Assembly: GCA_045542115.1 (NCBI GenBank)
Contig: JAZQKK010000014.1
Location: forward strand, 120,617-184,616
Direction: 5' to 3'
DNA from: Eubacteriales bacterium
Lineage (GTDB): Bacteria; Bacillota; Clostridia; Oscillospirales; UBA644
DNA length: 64,000 nt
Numbering within the stretch: position 1 is the stretch's first letter; the number at the start of each line of letters is the position of its first letter. Shown here in pieces: positions 27,503 through 37,753 of this stretch. A program made the position numbers and the translations under genes. The notes beneath the pieces are model-generated. The model searched no databases. It worked only from the letters and a program-made list of their open reading frames with translations, and was not told the DNA's origin.

Positions 27503-28330
27503 TTATTTATTGATGGTTTTTACGTAATCAATGCTCATTTTGGCGCATTCCAAAGGAGTTTTATCGAATGCGGGACGGTCTTGTTCCACAACGACCCATT
27601 TTGCACCGGATTCTTCCGCCGCTTTGAGAATCCCAGGGAAATCCTGAACCCCGGAACCCACGGGACGAAGTTCAAATTCCTGATTGGCGGCTGCCTTCTT
27701 ATCCGCATCGTCCTTAATGCCGATAAGAGCGTACATATTATCCGATTTCTGACCGACAAAATCCTTCAAATGAACCACGGGGCAACGGCCGGCATATTTC
27801 CGAATATATTCCGCGGGATTCTCGCCGCCGACGTTAACCCAGCAAGTATCCAACTGCGTCTTCAACAAGTCGGCGTCTACCGATTCGTACAATACGTCCA
27901 GCATATGTTTGCCGTCAATCATATTGGTAAATTCAAAGTCGTGGTTATGGTAGCCCAATTGAAGTCCATACTCTTTGGCAACCTTACCAAACTCTTTGGC
28001 ATATTCCACCAATTGAGGGAACTTTTCTTCCTTTTTGCAGAATTCACCGGAGACGTGAGGAATTACTACGTACTCACATCCGATGGCCCGATATTTTTCA
28101 AAGGTCCCTCGGACATCCGCAATCATCTCTTTGATGGGAACGTGGGCAGAAATCGGCGTAAGACCGTGTTTTTCACATAATGCACGAATCTCTTCTGCAC
28201 TATGGCCGTGCAGTCCGGCAAATTCAACACCGTCGTACCCCATTTCTTTGACTTGTCTGAGGGTGTCGTCCAGGTTTGCCGCCGCATCGTCGCGGACGGA
28301 ATACAATTGCAGTGCTACGGGAAATTTCAT
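27503..28330 (-). CDS. sugar phosphate isomerase/epimerase (xylose isomerase-like TIM barrel)
   Basis: 275 aa. YDGVEFAG, LGYHNHDFEF and VVEQD motifs of the AP-endonuclease-2/xylose-isomerase-like fold. Confidence 0.8.
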   Translation of the reverse strand: MKFPVALQLYSVRDDAAANLDDTLRQVKEMGYDGVEFAGLHGHSAEEIRALCEKHGLTPISAHVPIKEMIADVRGTFEKYRAIGCEYVVIPHVSGEFCKKEEKFPQLVEYAKEFGKVAKEYGLQLGYHNHDFEFTNMIDGKHMLDVLYESVDADLLKTQLDTCWVNVGGENPAEYIRKYAGRCPVVHLKDFVGQKSDNMYALIGIKDDADKKAAANQEFELRPVGSGVQDFPGILKAAEESGAKWVVVEQDRPAFDKTPLECAKMSIDYVKTINK

Positions 28331-28360
28331 AACTTTGTAACCTCCGGTTCACAGTTTTAT

Positions 28361-28397
28361 ACTTGTATTATAAGACAAAATATGCTATAATACAAGT
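28361..28397. promoter_or_regulatory. perfect 12-bp inverted repeat (ACTTGTATTATA-13 nt-TATAATACAAGT) encoding two overlapping divergent promoters and a possible operator
   Basis: Each arm contains TTGTAT overlapping the reverse complement of TATAAT. On either strand this gives TTGTAT-17 nt-TATAAT, pointing at the TIM-barrel operon (-) and at araC (+). Confidence 0.6.
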
Positions 28398-28449
28398 CAA
28401 GACTAGGATTTTACAAGACAATAATTGCGAATCGGAGAAAAATTAGCTT

Positions 28450-29286
28450 ATGCCAACCTTTTATGAGAACAAACGGATTCCCATTGCTGCATACGAAGGT
28501 GTACGTTTGGTTGACACCCCGCACTTACACGACCACCTGGAAGTTGTGTTTTTACGACAAGGAGCCACCGGTGCCGCCTGTGAAACCTTTCAAGGCGAAA
28601 TGGAACCGGGGGACATTTTTATTTCATTTCCAAACCAGGTACACTATTATCCGAAAATCGGAGATGAAACGGCAATTCATTCGATTATCATCTTCTCGCC
28701 GATGGTTTGCAGTGAATTTAAGGATATGTTTCGACGAATGGTCCCCCTCTCCCCCATCGTTCGAGGACGAGATCTTGACCCAGACATTTCAGAGTTGATT
28801 TCCAAGATAGTCGAAGAAAATCATAAAGAAACGCCTTATGCAGAAGCAACGACGCGAGGGTATTTGATTGCTTTTCTCGGAAAACTCTTCCGCTCGATGG
28901 AATTTCGGGAAGAAAAAAAGACCGACGGCTCCCTATTGAACAGTATTCTCAATTATTGCGGACGTCACTATACGGAACCTCTATCCTTAGAAATTCTTTC
29001 CAAGGAACTGAACGCGGGAAAATACCATATTTCCCACATTTTCAGCGAAAAACTAAAAATTTCTTTTTCCGATTATATTAACGGTCTTCGTATCAACGAT
29101 GCCATCCGGCAATTGACCTCCGACCCAAACAGTTCTATTACCGACATTTGTTACGAATGCGGCTTTAACAGTACCCGAACCTTCAACCGTGCCTTTTTAA
29201 AGTACACGGGAACAACCCCCCGGGAGTATCGGGAACAAAACCTATACAAAGACGTCAAACCCATCAATTTTTATATTAAAGATTAA
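28450..29286 (+). CDS. AraC-family transcriptional regulator (cupin-like sensor + HTH)
   Basis: 278 aa. C-terminal YECGFNSTRTFNRAFLKYTGTTPREYR is the AraC HTH signature. Confidence 0.85.
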   Translation: MPTFYENKRIPIAAYEGVRLVDTPHLHDHLEVVFLRQGATGAACETFQGEMEPGDIFISFPNQVHYYPKIGDETAIHSIIIFSPMVCSEFKDMFRRMVPLSPIVRGRDLDPDISELISKIVEENHKETPYAEATTRGYLIAFLGKLFRSMEFREEKKTDGSLLNSILNYCGRHYTEPLSLEILSKELNAGKYHISHIFSEKLKISFSDYINGLRINDAIRQLTSDPNSSITDICYECGFNSTRTFNRAFLKYTGTTPREYREQNLYKDVKPINFYIKD

Positions 29287-29335
29287 AAAAGTCCTTTGGG
29301 GAGAAAAATCTCGACCCAAAGGACTCTCTTTTTTA
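29285..29335. terminator. bidirectional terminator between araC-like gene (+) and efp (-)
   Basis: GTCCTTTGGG-14 nt-CCCAAAGGAC flanked by A6 and a T-run. Confidence 0.75.
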
Positions 29336-29341
29336 ATTATA

Positions 29342-29908
29342 TCAGTCTTTGCAACGTTCCATATAAGAACCGCCGTCGCGGGTGTCGATGCGAATCTTTT
29401 CCCCTTCATTGATGAAGAGAGGAACGCGAATCACAGCTCCGGTTTCCAGGGTAGCGTTCTTGGTAACGTTGGTTGCAGTATCGCCGCGGACACCGGGTTC
29501 AGTCTCGGTGACCAAAAGGTCAACGAAGAAGGGAGGTTCCACGCTGAAAATATTGCCTTTGTAAGAAAGAATCTTACAAACGGTTTCTTCCTTCACATAT
29601 TTGAAGGCGTCTCCGAGCATATCGGCATTGAGGGGAACCTGGTCATAGGTTTCCATATCCATAAAGTAGTACAATTCACCGTCGGTGTAAGAGTACTGCA
29701 TTTCTTTTCTTTCAATGAAAGCCTGGGGGAATTTTTCTGTGGGAGAAAAGGTCTTTTCAACCACACCGCCGGAAATGACGTTCTTCAACTTCGTACGAAC
29801 GAACGCTGCACCTTTACCGGGCTTTACGTGCTGAAATTCAACGACCTGATAAACGTTTCCGTCCAGTTCGAACGTAACGCCGTTTCTGAAATCGCCTGCA
29901 GAATACAT
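29342..29908 (-). CDS. efp: elongation factor P
   Basis: Start moved to [10 protein letters not shown] (ATG 29908) behind [20 protein letters not shown] carries the conserved modified Lys loop. Confidence 0.95.
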   Translation of the reverse strand: MYSAGDFRNGVTFELDGNVYQVVEFQHVKPGKGAAFVRTKLKNVISGGVVEKTFSPTEKFPQAFIERKEMQYSYTDGELYYFMDMETYDQVPLNADMLGDAFKYVKEETVCKILSYKGNIFSVEPPFFVDLLVTETEPGVRGDTATNVTKNATLETGAVIRVPLFINEGEKIRIDTRDGGSYMERCKD

Positions 29909-30037
29909 AGGAAAATACCTCCGAGTATAAAATTCGATAAAAATATTACAATATGTACTATTATACACCACATTCGTACAAATTGCAAGAGTTGTGATAA
30001 AAAAGTTTCAAATATGTAAAAAATAGAGGAAGCCAAA

Positions 30038-30736
30038 ATGAAAATAAAGGGTATTCAACGGGGAATCGCCGTGGGAATCGGGGTTCTCCTGGCAATCGTC
30101 TTATTCCTCTCCCCGGTTCTGCACGGACTTGCGGAAGAGCCGGAATATCTTGTCATCGTAGACCCGGGCCACGGAGGGACCGACGGCGGGGCTGTGGGAG
30201 ACGACGGCACGATAGAAAAACATTTGAACCTTACCATTGCATTGCTGTTGAAAGAGAAACTGGAAGAAGAAGGAATCAAGGTTATTTTGACCCGACAGAC
30301 CGATGAAGATACCGATGGACTGACGGGTTTTCACAAACGGCAGGATTTAGAAGAACGAGCCCGCATCGGAAACGAATCGGGGGCGGACGCATATATCAGC
30401 ATCCACATCAACGCCTCAACCGCCCGAAAAGACCAGGGGTTTCAGGCCTGGTTCGGAAAGGGCAGCAACGATTCGGAACGGTTAGCCCGCTCCTTATCGA
30501 ATGCTGTGGAAAAAGCGGCTATCTGCAATCGTATCCGAACCGTAAAACAAGTCCCGGATACGCTCTATATTTTTCGCACGGTAACCATTCCCAGCGTATT
30601 GGTGGAATGTGGATTCATCTCCAACGCCGCAGACTTGTATCAACTGCAACAAGAAACCTTTCGCAACGAATTATGTTCCGCACTGTCCCGGGGAGTCAAG
30701 GCTTATCTTTCGGGCAACAATTCCCGAATCACGTAA
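30038..30736 (+). CDS. cwlD: N-acetylmuramoyl-L-alanine amidase (Amidase_3), CwlD-like germination-specific type
   Basis: 232 aa. N-terminal TM segment, VDPGHGGTDGGAVG and SIHINAS motifs. Size and architecture match CwlD. Confidence 0.7.
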   Translation: MKIKGIQRGIAVGIGVLLAIVLFLSPVLHGLAEEPEYLVIVDPGHGGTDGGAVGDDGTIEKHLNLTIALLLKEKLEEEGIKVILTRQTDEDTDGLTGFHKRQDLEERARIGNESGADAYISIHINASTARKDQGFQAWFGKGSNDSERLARSLSNAVEKAAICNRIRTVKQVPDTLYIFRTVTIPSVLVECGFISNAADLYQLQQETFRNELCSALSRGVKAYLSGNNSRIT

Positions 30737-31797
30737 TCGGAGACCAAAAAGCCCTCCGGGGTAAGAGCAAAACGCTCTTGGGTCATTGTGGCAAACCCTT
30801 CGGAGCAAAGTCGCGCTGCGAACGCTTGTTTTTCCGGGGGAATGAGTGCGGCGGGAATTCCTTCTGAGAGTCGTAAGCCTAAAAAAACCGCTTCTTTTTT
30901 CGCCTCTTCCCGATCGATCACTTCGTCAAGTACCGACTGCAAATGCCCTGCTTTGGCACAGAATTCGGAGGTGTCGGCAGGAATATGATACCGAACACCG
31001 TCGCAGTATCCGGACGCTCCCGGACCGAAGGCAAGATATTCTCCACCCTTCCAATAAACGGTGTTATGCTTTGCCCGGAATCCGGGTTTTGCAAAGTTGG
31101 ATATTTCGTAATGTTCATATCCGGCCTCGGCCAGCAATTGATGGGCAATCAAGTAATGCTCCCGTTGGACCTCGTCCGGAGCATCTTTCATTCCCTGTTT
31201 TCCAAACACCGATTCCGCCTCGATTTTCAGAAGATAGACCGAACAGTGTTGCGGGGAAAGTGCAATCAATTGTTTTAAATCTTCTCTCAGGTCTTCGTTT
31301 GTTTCTTCGGGAAGGGCCATCATCAAATCCAAACTGATATTCCGAAATCCGACCTTTTGCAACGTTTGGTAAGATTCCAATGCTTTGGCCCGATCGTGGA
31401 GTCGTCCCAAACGGAAAAGGTACTTGTCCGAAAAGGTCTGAACTCCCATACTGACCCTGTCTACGCCGGCGTCTAACCAGGTCTTGGCGAGGGACTCAGT
31501 CACACTTTCGGGATTACATTCCACGGTAAATTCTTCACAGTCGGATAAATCAAAGGTGGTTTTTAACGCATCTACAACGGCAAGGAACTCCGTTTCCGAC
31601 AAAAGCGACGGGGTTCCGCCACCGAAATACACCGTCCGGACGACATTGCCTGCCTTCGGACTGTTTTTTATTTGTTCGCACAATGCCTGAACATAGGAAG
31701 AAACCGCCCCGGAGGTGGCTGGGGCGGAATAAAAATCGCAGTAATTACATTTTCTTCGGCAAAAGGGTACGTGTAGATAGACCGAAAGATTACTCAT
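30703..31797 (-). CDS. hemW: radical SAM heme chaperone HemW (HemN-like, oxygen-independent coproporphyrinogen oxidase family)
   Basis: Start moved to [24 protein letters not shown] (ATG 31797, 8-nt overlap with the lepA stop). CxxxCxxC cluster. lepA-hemW synteny is common. Confidence 0.85.
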   Translation of the reverse strand: MSNLSVYLHVPFCRRKCNYCDFYSAPATSGAVSSYVQALCEQIKNSPKAGNVVRTVYFGGGTPSLLSETEFLAVVDALKTTFDLSDCEEFTVECNPESVTESLAKTWLDAGVDRVSMGVQTFSDKYLFRLGRLHDRAKALESYQTLQKVGFRNISLDLMMALPEETNEDLREDLKQLIALSPQHCSVYLLKIEAESVFGKQGMKDAPDEVQREHYLIAHQLLAEAGYEHYEISNFAKPGFRAKHNTVYWKGGEYLAFGPGASGYCDGVRYHIPADTSEFCAKAGHLQSVLDEVIDREEAKKEAVFLGLRLSEGIPAALIPPEKQAFAARLCSEGFATMTQERFALTPEGFLVSDYVIRELLPER

Positions 31798-33595
31798 CCA
31801 ATTTAAGAACGGCCATAAAGGCTTCCTGGGGAACTTCGATGGTTCCCAGCTGCCGCATCCGTTTCTTCCCTTCCTTTTGTTTTTCCAACAGTTTCTTTTT
31901 CCGGGTAATATCCCCGCCGTAACATTTGGCAAGCACGTCTTTACGCATTGCACGAACGGTCTCCCGGGCAATGATCTTCGACCCAATGGCCGCTTGTATG
32001 GGAACTTCGAACAACTGACGGGGGATATTATCCTTTAACTTTTCTGCCAATTTACGGCCTCTGGCATAAGCGCGCTCCGAAGGAACGATAAAAGACAAGG
32101 CGTCCACCACTTCCCCGTTGAGCAGGATATCCAGCTTGACCAAATCGCTCTTGACGTAATGAGAAAACTCGTAGTCCAAAGAAGCGTATCCCCGGGTACG
32201 GGCTTTCAGAGTATCAAAGAAATCGTAAATTATCTCGTTTAAGGGCATATCGTAATGCAAGTCCACACGGGATGCGTCGATATATTCCATCGTTTTAAAA
32301 ACGCCCCGGCGTTCTTTACACAAATCCATTACCGTTCCCACGAATTCCGAGGGGGCGATAATGTCGGTCTTTACGATAGGTTCTTCCGCCTCAATGATGG
32401 AACCGGGCGAAGGATAGTTTGTGGGATTGTCGATATAAACGGTACTTCCATCTGCCATCGTCAGCCGATACACGACGCCGGGGGCAGTGGTAATCAAATC
32501 CAGATTAAATTCCCGTTCGATACGCTCCTGCATAATCTCCATATGAAGAAGGCCCAAAAATCCGCAACGGAATCCAAACCCAAGGGCAATGGAGTGTTCC
32601 GGCTCGTAGGTCATAGAAGCGTCGTTTAAGCTCAGTTTATCCAAGGCGTCCCGCAAATCTTCATACCGGGAGCCATCGGCACAATAGATACCGCAATACA
32701 CCATCGGATTGGCTTTTTTATAACCGGGCAACGGTGCATCGGCAGGGACGTCCGCCAAGGTCACGGTATCCCCGACCCGGGTATCGCTGACGGTCTTAAT
32801 GCTGGCCATAATATATCCGACTTCTCCGGCCCGAAGCGTGTCCGCCGGACGGCATCCGAAGGGAGATAAATAGCCGATCTCCACCACGTCGAATTCCGCT
32901 CCGGTGGCCATCATACGGATCCGCTGTCCCTTTGAAAGTGTCCCGTCCTTCACGCGAACGTAGACGACGACCCCGCGGTAGGCATCGTAATAGGAATCGA
33001 AAATCAAGGCTTTTAAAGGCGCTTCCGGGTCCCCTTTCGGAGGGGGAACATCCCGAACCACTTGCTCCAAAACGTCCTGAATGTTAATGCCGTTTTTGGC
33101 AGAAATCCGCGGCGCTTCTTCCGCCGGAATTCCAATCGTATCTTCAATTTCCCGAATGACCCGGTCCGGGTCTGCGGCGGGAAGGTCAATTTTGTTGATA
33201 ACAGGAAGGATCTCCAAATCTCCATCGATGGCAAGGTAGGTGTTTGCCAAAGTCTGAGCTTCAATTCCCTGGGAGGCATCCACCACCAAAAGAGCCCCTT
33301 CGCAAGCGGCAAGCGCCCGGGAAACTTCGTAGTGGAAGTCCACGTGACCGGGGGTGTCAATGAGATTCAGGGTGTACGTCTCTCCGTCGGAGGCCTTGTA
33401 CTCCAATTTTACGGCACGGGCCTTAATGGTAATGCCGTGTTCTTTTTCCAGGTCCATATTGTCTAAGACCTGGTCTTCCATTTCCCGCTTTTCGACCGTC
33501 TCGGTCAGCTCCAAAAGGCGGTCCGCCAAGGTGGATTTCCCGTGGTCGATGTGGGCGATGATGGAAAAATTGCGGATTTTGGAAATATCGTACAT
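31790..33595 (-). CDS. lepA: translation elongation factor 4 (LepA)
   Basis: Start moved to [28 protein letters not shown] (ATG 33595) behind GGAGGA. Ends with the characteristic LepA C-terminal domain. Confidence 0.95.
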   Translation of the reverse strand: MYDISKIRNFSIIAHIDHGKSTLADRLLELTETVEKREMEDQVLDNMDLEKEHGITIKARAVKLEYKASDGETYTLNLIDTPGHVDFHYEVSRALAACEGALLVVDASQGIEAQTLANTYLAIDGDLEILPVINKIDLPAADPDRVIREIEDTIGIPAEEAPRISAKNGINIQDVLEQVVRDVPPPKGDPEAPLKALIFDSYYDAYRGVVVYVRVKDGTLSKGQRIRMMATGAEFDVVEIGYLSPFGCRPADTLRAGEVGYIMASIKTVSDTRVGDTVTLADVPADAPLPGYKKANPMVYCGIYCADGSRYEDLRDALDKLSLNDASMTYEPEHSIALGFGFRCGFLGLLHMEIMQERIEREFNLDLITTAPGVVYRLTMADGSTVYIDNPTNYPSPGSIIEAEEPIVKTDIIAPSEFVGTVMDLCKERRGVFKTMEYIDASRVDLHYDMPLNEIIYDFFDTLKARTRGYASLDYEFSHYVKSDLVKLDILLNGEVVDALSFIVPSERAYARGRKLAEKLKDNIPRQLFEVPIQAAIGSKIIARETVRAMRKDVLAKCYGGDITRKKKLLEKQKEGKKRMRQLGTIEVPQEAFMAVLKLDE

Positions 33596-33750
33596 TCTGT
33601 TCCTCCGAATGGAATGGTTTTTCTCGAAAATTCTCTTTCTATTATATCCGAATCTTTTGATTTTGTCAAGCATTTCTTTCAATTTTGACTTGATTTTCTG
33701 TTATAAATATGTTATAATAATTATAAATACGAAAGAAAGGAGGACAACCT

Positions 33751-34569
33751 GTGGGACTTTTTCAGAAATTAACCCGAAAAAAGACCTATTCCGCCAGCGA
33801 AAGTCAAATCAAACCCACCGCCGCCGTCTTTGTGGATTTTGAGCATTGGTTTATTGCTATGGGCAATATGTACCGCGCAAAGCCGGACTATAAAGGCTGG
33901 TTAAAAGACCTAAACAAACGGGTCAACGTAGAAGAAATCGTGTTTTTTGCGGACTTTTCCCATCCAAATCTCTCTCAGGAGATTCCCCGCATCCGGGAAT
34001 TTACCAATCGAATCATCGAAACAAAGAATCCCGACCCCCGTTACAAAAAAGATTTCACCGATTTCATTATGCTGGACAGCATTTATCAAAAAGCAATGTT
34101 TGACCGGAACATCGACACCTTTGTCTTATTTACCGGCGACGCCCATTTTTCTTCCGTCGTCAGTTTCCTGGTCAACCGCTGCGGAAAAGAGGTCGGGGTA
34201 TACGGCGTAAAGGATTCTTTCAGCCAACAGTTGAAGAATACGGCTTCTTGGTTCGTTGAAGTGACCAAGCCCGTGCAGGAGAATCCCTACGACACCTACT
34301 ACAAGATGCTGTTTTCCAGCCTTTCCAATGCGGAAAACAAACATCGAAAGAACGCAAAACCCACCTTCCAGAAAACGGTAAACGTGGTAGCAAACTATCA
34401 CAAAATTCCCGTAAAGACCGTGCAAAAAGCGTTGGAAAAGATGATTGAAGAACAGTATATCATCCGGGAGCGGACCGGGAAATCCAAACCGTCCGACCCG
34501 CTGGTCATCAACTGGAAACGCTGTGCACAAAATCCCCTTTTTACCGCCCACGTACAAACCGACAAATAA
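33751..34569 (+). CDS. NYN (LabA-like PIN-fold) domain protein with C-terminal winged-helix-like region
   Basis: GTG start 6 nt after AGGAGGA. AVFVDFEHW...FVLFTGDAHF pattern of NYN/LabA domains. Confidence 0.55.
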   Translation: MGLFQKLTRKKTYSASESQIKPTAAVFVDFEHWFIAMGNMYRAKPDYKGWLKDLNKRVNVEEIVFFADFSHPNLSQEIPRIREFTNRIIETKNPDPRYKKDFTDFIMLDSIYQKAMFDRNIDTFVLFTGDAHFSSVVSFLVNRCGKEVGVYGVKDSFSQQLKNTASWFVEVTKPVQENPYDTYYKMLFSSLSNAENKHRKNAKPTFQKTVNVVANYHKIPVKTVQKALEKMIEEQYIIRERTGKSKPSDPLVINWKRCAQNPLFTAHVQTDK

Positions 34570-34584
34570 CGGAGGCACACGACC

Positions 34585-35529
34585 TTGAAAAAAACTGCCG
34601 CTTTCATTTTAACCCTGGTGCTGCTTTTGACCCTTTCCCTGAACTCCTTTGCCCTTGCTAACGTGACCGAAGAGATTTCCAATCTCAGAAGCTACTATGC
34701 GAAACGTGAATCGGTGGACCTGTGGGAAGAGACTTTGGCCTTAGCATCAATGGGGATTCTCACCGGGAGAACGCCCCACTTACCCGAACAGGACGGAACA
34801 GCGGGAACCTTGGCAAAACGCATCCTTGCCGTCTCGGCAACGGGAAATGTTCCCCAGGAAGACTCTGATGCGAAGACTTTAAAAGACCTGCAAAATACCG
34901 ACGGCTCCTTCGGAAACGTAGAGAGCCACTGTCTTTCGATGCTTGCCCTGACGGCCCGGGAGGAACTCTACAACAGTGCAAAAGCCTATTCCTGGCTGAT
35001 GACGCAACAATCGGAAAACGGTTCTTTCTCCGATTCAGCAAAGGACACTGCGCTTGCGATATGCATTCTGACCCGTTCCGAAAATGAGGCAGAATTGGCC
35101 GCCGCGGCGAAGGCTGTTAAATATTTGAATCAGTACGAAGCCGGCAACGGAATCGACTTGTGTTGGCAAATTATCGGAATTTCCGACGGAGGCGGAGATG
35201 CCGCAACCGCCGGGAAGCGGGATTTGCTGGAAAATCTCCTGTCCTATCAAAATCCCTCGGATTATTCGTTTTACCGTTCTAACAACGACACTGTGTCCGA
35301 CCCTCAGACCACGGCGATTGCTTTAATTGCCTTGGATGCGGTAAATAAGAGCGGAAGCGTTTTTCAGCGTTTGGCGACGGACGGAGAAATCAGCTTTTTC
35401 AACCCCGCAGACGCTCTGCCGCTTTTGATTTTCGTGGGAGTTGTGTTGGTGATTTCCATCGGATTTTGGTGTTTTATTTTCCTACATAAAAAGAATTCCA
35501 AGACCTTAGAAGAAACTAAAACTTATTGA
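34585..35529 (+). CDS. secreted, C-terminally membrane-anchored protein with prenyltransferase/terpene-cyclase-like alpha/alpha repeats
   Basis: TTG start after GGAGG. Signal peptide ...SFALA, repeated DGSF/NGSF motifs (TDGSFGN, ENGSFSD) and a C-terminal TM helix. Confidence 0.4.
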   Translation: MKKTAAFILTLVLLLTLSLNSFALANVTEEISNLRSYYAKRESVDLWEETLALASMGILTGRTPHLPEQDGTAGTLAKRILAVSATGNVPQEDSDAKTLKDLQNTDGSFGNVESHCLSMLALTAREELYNSAKAYSWLMTQQSENGSFSDSAKDTALAICILTRSENEAELAAAAKAVKYLNQYEAGNGIDLCWQIIGISDGGGDAATAGKRDLLENLLSYQNPSDYSFYRSNNDTVSDPQTTAIALIALDAVNKSGSVFQRLATDGEISFFNPADALPLLIFVGVVLVISIGFWCFIFLHKKNSKTLEETKTY

Positions 35530-35542
35530 AAGGAATCTTGTT

Positions 35543-36310
35543 ATGCTTATTCCCGTTTTTGAAAAAGACGTACCATATTTCGAACAGGATAAACGGCAAT
35601 TCGCCCCGACTCTTTCTCCTTTTTTGTTGCCCGGAAACAACAATCCCTGCTGTATCGTCATCCCCGGTGGCGGATACAGTAAAAAAGCCTGGGACCACGA
35701 AGGAATTCAGGTGGCAGAGTGGCTAAATACCATTGGCATCAGTGCCCTGGTGCTGGATTACAGAATCGGTCCTGCCTACGATGGAAAAGCAATTCTTGCG
35801 GACGGTCAACAGGCCATTGTAACGGTTCCAAGCAAAGCAAGCGAATTGGGAATCGACCCGAACCGCATCGGCGTGTGCGGTTTTTCCGCCGGCGGACATT
35901 TGGCGGGCAGCTGTGCAACAATGTACAAAACCCCGGAACAACGGCCGGATTTTGCGATTCTATGTTACGGGGTCCTTACTCTGGGAGAAGGAACCCACGG
36001 CGGAACCTCCAAGTATTTTATGGGAGACCGAAAAGACGACCCGAACGCCATCAAGGAATATTCTCCTGTCAATCGCGTGACAAAAGACTGCCCTCCGATG
36101 TTTTTGTGGACGACGATAACCGATACCACCGTTCCCCCGAAGCCGAACACCTTCGCGATGGAAAAAGCGTGTCGCAAGGCGGGGATCCCCTACCGATTCA
36201 TTTGCTACGACCACGGTCCTCACGGTCTTGGGATTCCCAAAGACGACCCGGAAATCGCATCTTGGACCAAGACTTGCGAAGAGTGGATGCGGGAACAAAA
36301 AATTATTTAA
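35543..36310 (+). CDS. alpha/beta hydrolase (esterase/lipase-type)
   Basis: 255 aa. Oxyanion IPGGGY and nucleophile elbow GFSAGGHLA. Confidence 0.75.
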   Translation: MLIPVFEKDVPYFEQDKRQFAPTLSPFLLPGNNNPCCIVIPGGGYSKKAWDHEGIQVAEWLNTIGISALVLDYRIGPAYDGKAILADGQQAIVTVPSKASELGIDPNRIGVCGFSAGGHLAGSCATMYKTPEQRPDFAILCYGVLTLGEGTHGGTSKYFMGDRKDDPNAIKEYSPVNRVTKDCPPMFLWTTITDTTVPPKPNTFAMEKACRKAGIPYRFICYDHGPHGLGIPKDDPEIASWTKTCEEWMREQKII

Positions 36311-36358
36311 ATGAAAAATCTCCGGAACTGCAATGCAATTCCGGAGTATTTTTTCGCT

Positions 36359-37237
36359 TTAAACGTTCAAAAGAACCACAGAAAATACGGCAATCAAGGC
36401 GCCGACCACTTGTTTCCAATTCATCTTTTCTTTAAAAAGCATCAAGGAGACCAAGACCGAGAACACCAAGATGCCACCCATCAAGGAGGCATTGATCACG
36501 GTAACCGGGAGGGCGGTACTGTACATATACATTACCAGATTGGCCGCAACCGTCGCCGCAACACAGGAACTAACGGCAAAAATCCAAGCCTTAGGTTTCA
36601 TTCGGAAGGTGGAAACAAACTTCTTTTTGGCGGTAATCAAAAGATACACCGCGGAGATAATTCCTCCAAAAAGAAACGTCGTCGCCAACATCTCGCCCCG
36701 CTCTCCCCCATTCATATACCGGGCCTGCAAGGACAGAAAGACCGAATACAGACCGTTGACCGTAAACAAGAGAAGAATCCAAAGATAGAACGATTTTTTC
36801 GCTTTCTGGCTTTCTTTTTTCAGATTCAAAAGAACGAAAGCCGCCAACATCAATATTACACCAATTCCACGAACCCAGGTAATTCCCTCGATCCCCATAA
36901 TCCCAAGAACGAACAGGGGCATCAAAAGTCCGCCGGACAGGTTGCAAATCATCAAAAAAGAATAGGGACCGCGGCGGGATCCTTCAATGAGGGCAAGGTT
37001 ATACAGAAACAGCACCACGCCGTTGGCAAGCCCCAGCAACAGAGTCAAAAGAGATGGCGAATACACGAATCCATTCATCGCTAACGTCAAAAAACCGACC
37101 ACAAATCCGTAAATAACCGAAAAAACAGGCGAAGAGAACTTCGCTTCTCCTGTATATTGGTCGGAGAAGAGCTTTGCAAAAAGAGATTGGAACGTGTAAA
37201 TCAACGCCAAAATCAGCAACAATGCGATATTCAGCAT
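36359..37237 (-). CDS. DMT-superfamily (EamA-like) transporter
   Basis: 292 aa with about ten hydrophobic helices arranged as two EamA-like halves. Confidence 0.65.
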   Translation of the reverse strand: MLNIALLLILALIYTFQSLFAKLFSDQYTGEAKFSSPVFSVIYGFVVGFLTLAMNGFVYSPSLLTLLLGLANGVVLFLYNLALIEGSRRGPYSFLMICNLSGGLLMPLFVLGIMGIEGITWVRGIGVILMLAAFVLLNLKKESQKAKKSFYLWILLLFTVNGLYSVFLSLQARYMNGGERGEMLATTFLFGGIISAVYLLITAKKKFVSTFRMKPKAWIFAVSSCVAATVAANLVMYMYSTALPVTVINASLMGGILVFSVLVSLMLFKEKMNWKQVVGALIAVFSVVLLNV

Positions 37238-37256
37238 AGAAAGACACTCCGAGGTT

Positions 37257-37613
37257 TTATTTCAAAATCGTAATATTTCCAATCACGGGCAATTTGGATT
37301 CTTTGTCGTTTACAGCATTCAGAATCCCAACCACAATGAGAACGGCGGTCAAAATACCGGCCAGCGTGGAAACGATATTCACGAGAGTTCCCACAATACC
37401 GAAAAGAATCCCAACGATGCCGCCAATCCGAGCAATAGCACCGATAATTGCACCAAATACACCGAAGACAATCTGAATACCGGTTCCGAAAATACCCAGG
37501 ACCAGGCCTTGATTCAGATGGAATTTAGCAGCTTCCTTATCTCCGGCAAGAAAGGCAACCAGCCAACCGAGAATGGTGCAGTAAGAGACGATGGACGTAG
37601 CTTTTTTGTTCAT
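37257..37613 (-). CDS. small membrane protein, DUF4870-like
   Basis: Start moved to MNKKATS (ATG 37613) behind GAGG. AAKFHLNQGLVLGI resembles the DUF4870 motif. Gly/Ile-rich C-terminal TM region. The longer track ORF runs through tRNA-Thr. Confidence 0.5.
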   Translation of the reverse strand: MNKKATSIVSYCTILGWLVAFLAGDKEAAKFHLNQGLVLGIFGTGIQIVFGVFGAIIGAIARIGGIVGILFGIVGTLVNIVSTLAGILTAVLIVVGILNAVNDKESKLPVIGNITILK

Positions 37614-37680
37614 TCGAAAAACCTCGCTTATTCTTATTTTCCAAGTAGGAACAGGATAAAAATCCCTACACTTTGTGTAT

Positions 37681-37709
37681 ATTATAGCATATCGCACTAT
37701 TTTTGTCAA
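37681..37709 (-). promoter_or_regulatory. sigma-A promoter for the DUF4870-like gene
   Basis: Minus strand reads TTGACA-17 nt-TATAAT with TGc extended -10. Confidence 0.7.
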
Positions 37710-37717
37710 GGGATTGA

Positions 37718-37753
37718 GAAAAAAAGAACGACTCAATTGAGTCGTTCTTTTTT
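37718..37753. terminator. bidirectional hairpin terminator downstream of tRNA-Thr
   Basis: AAGAACGACTC-aatt-GAGTCGTTCTT flanked by A- and T-runs. Confidence 0.75.

Noticed and set aside
30703-30736. A 34-nt convergent 3' overlap between cwlD (+) and hemW (-), considered as a sign of misannotation or antisense regulation.
   Set aside because: Both reading frames end in family-typical sequence, and short convergent overlaps are common in compact genomes. There is no further evidence of function.
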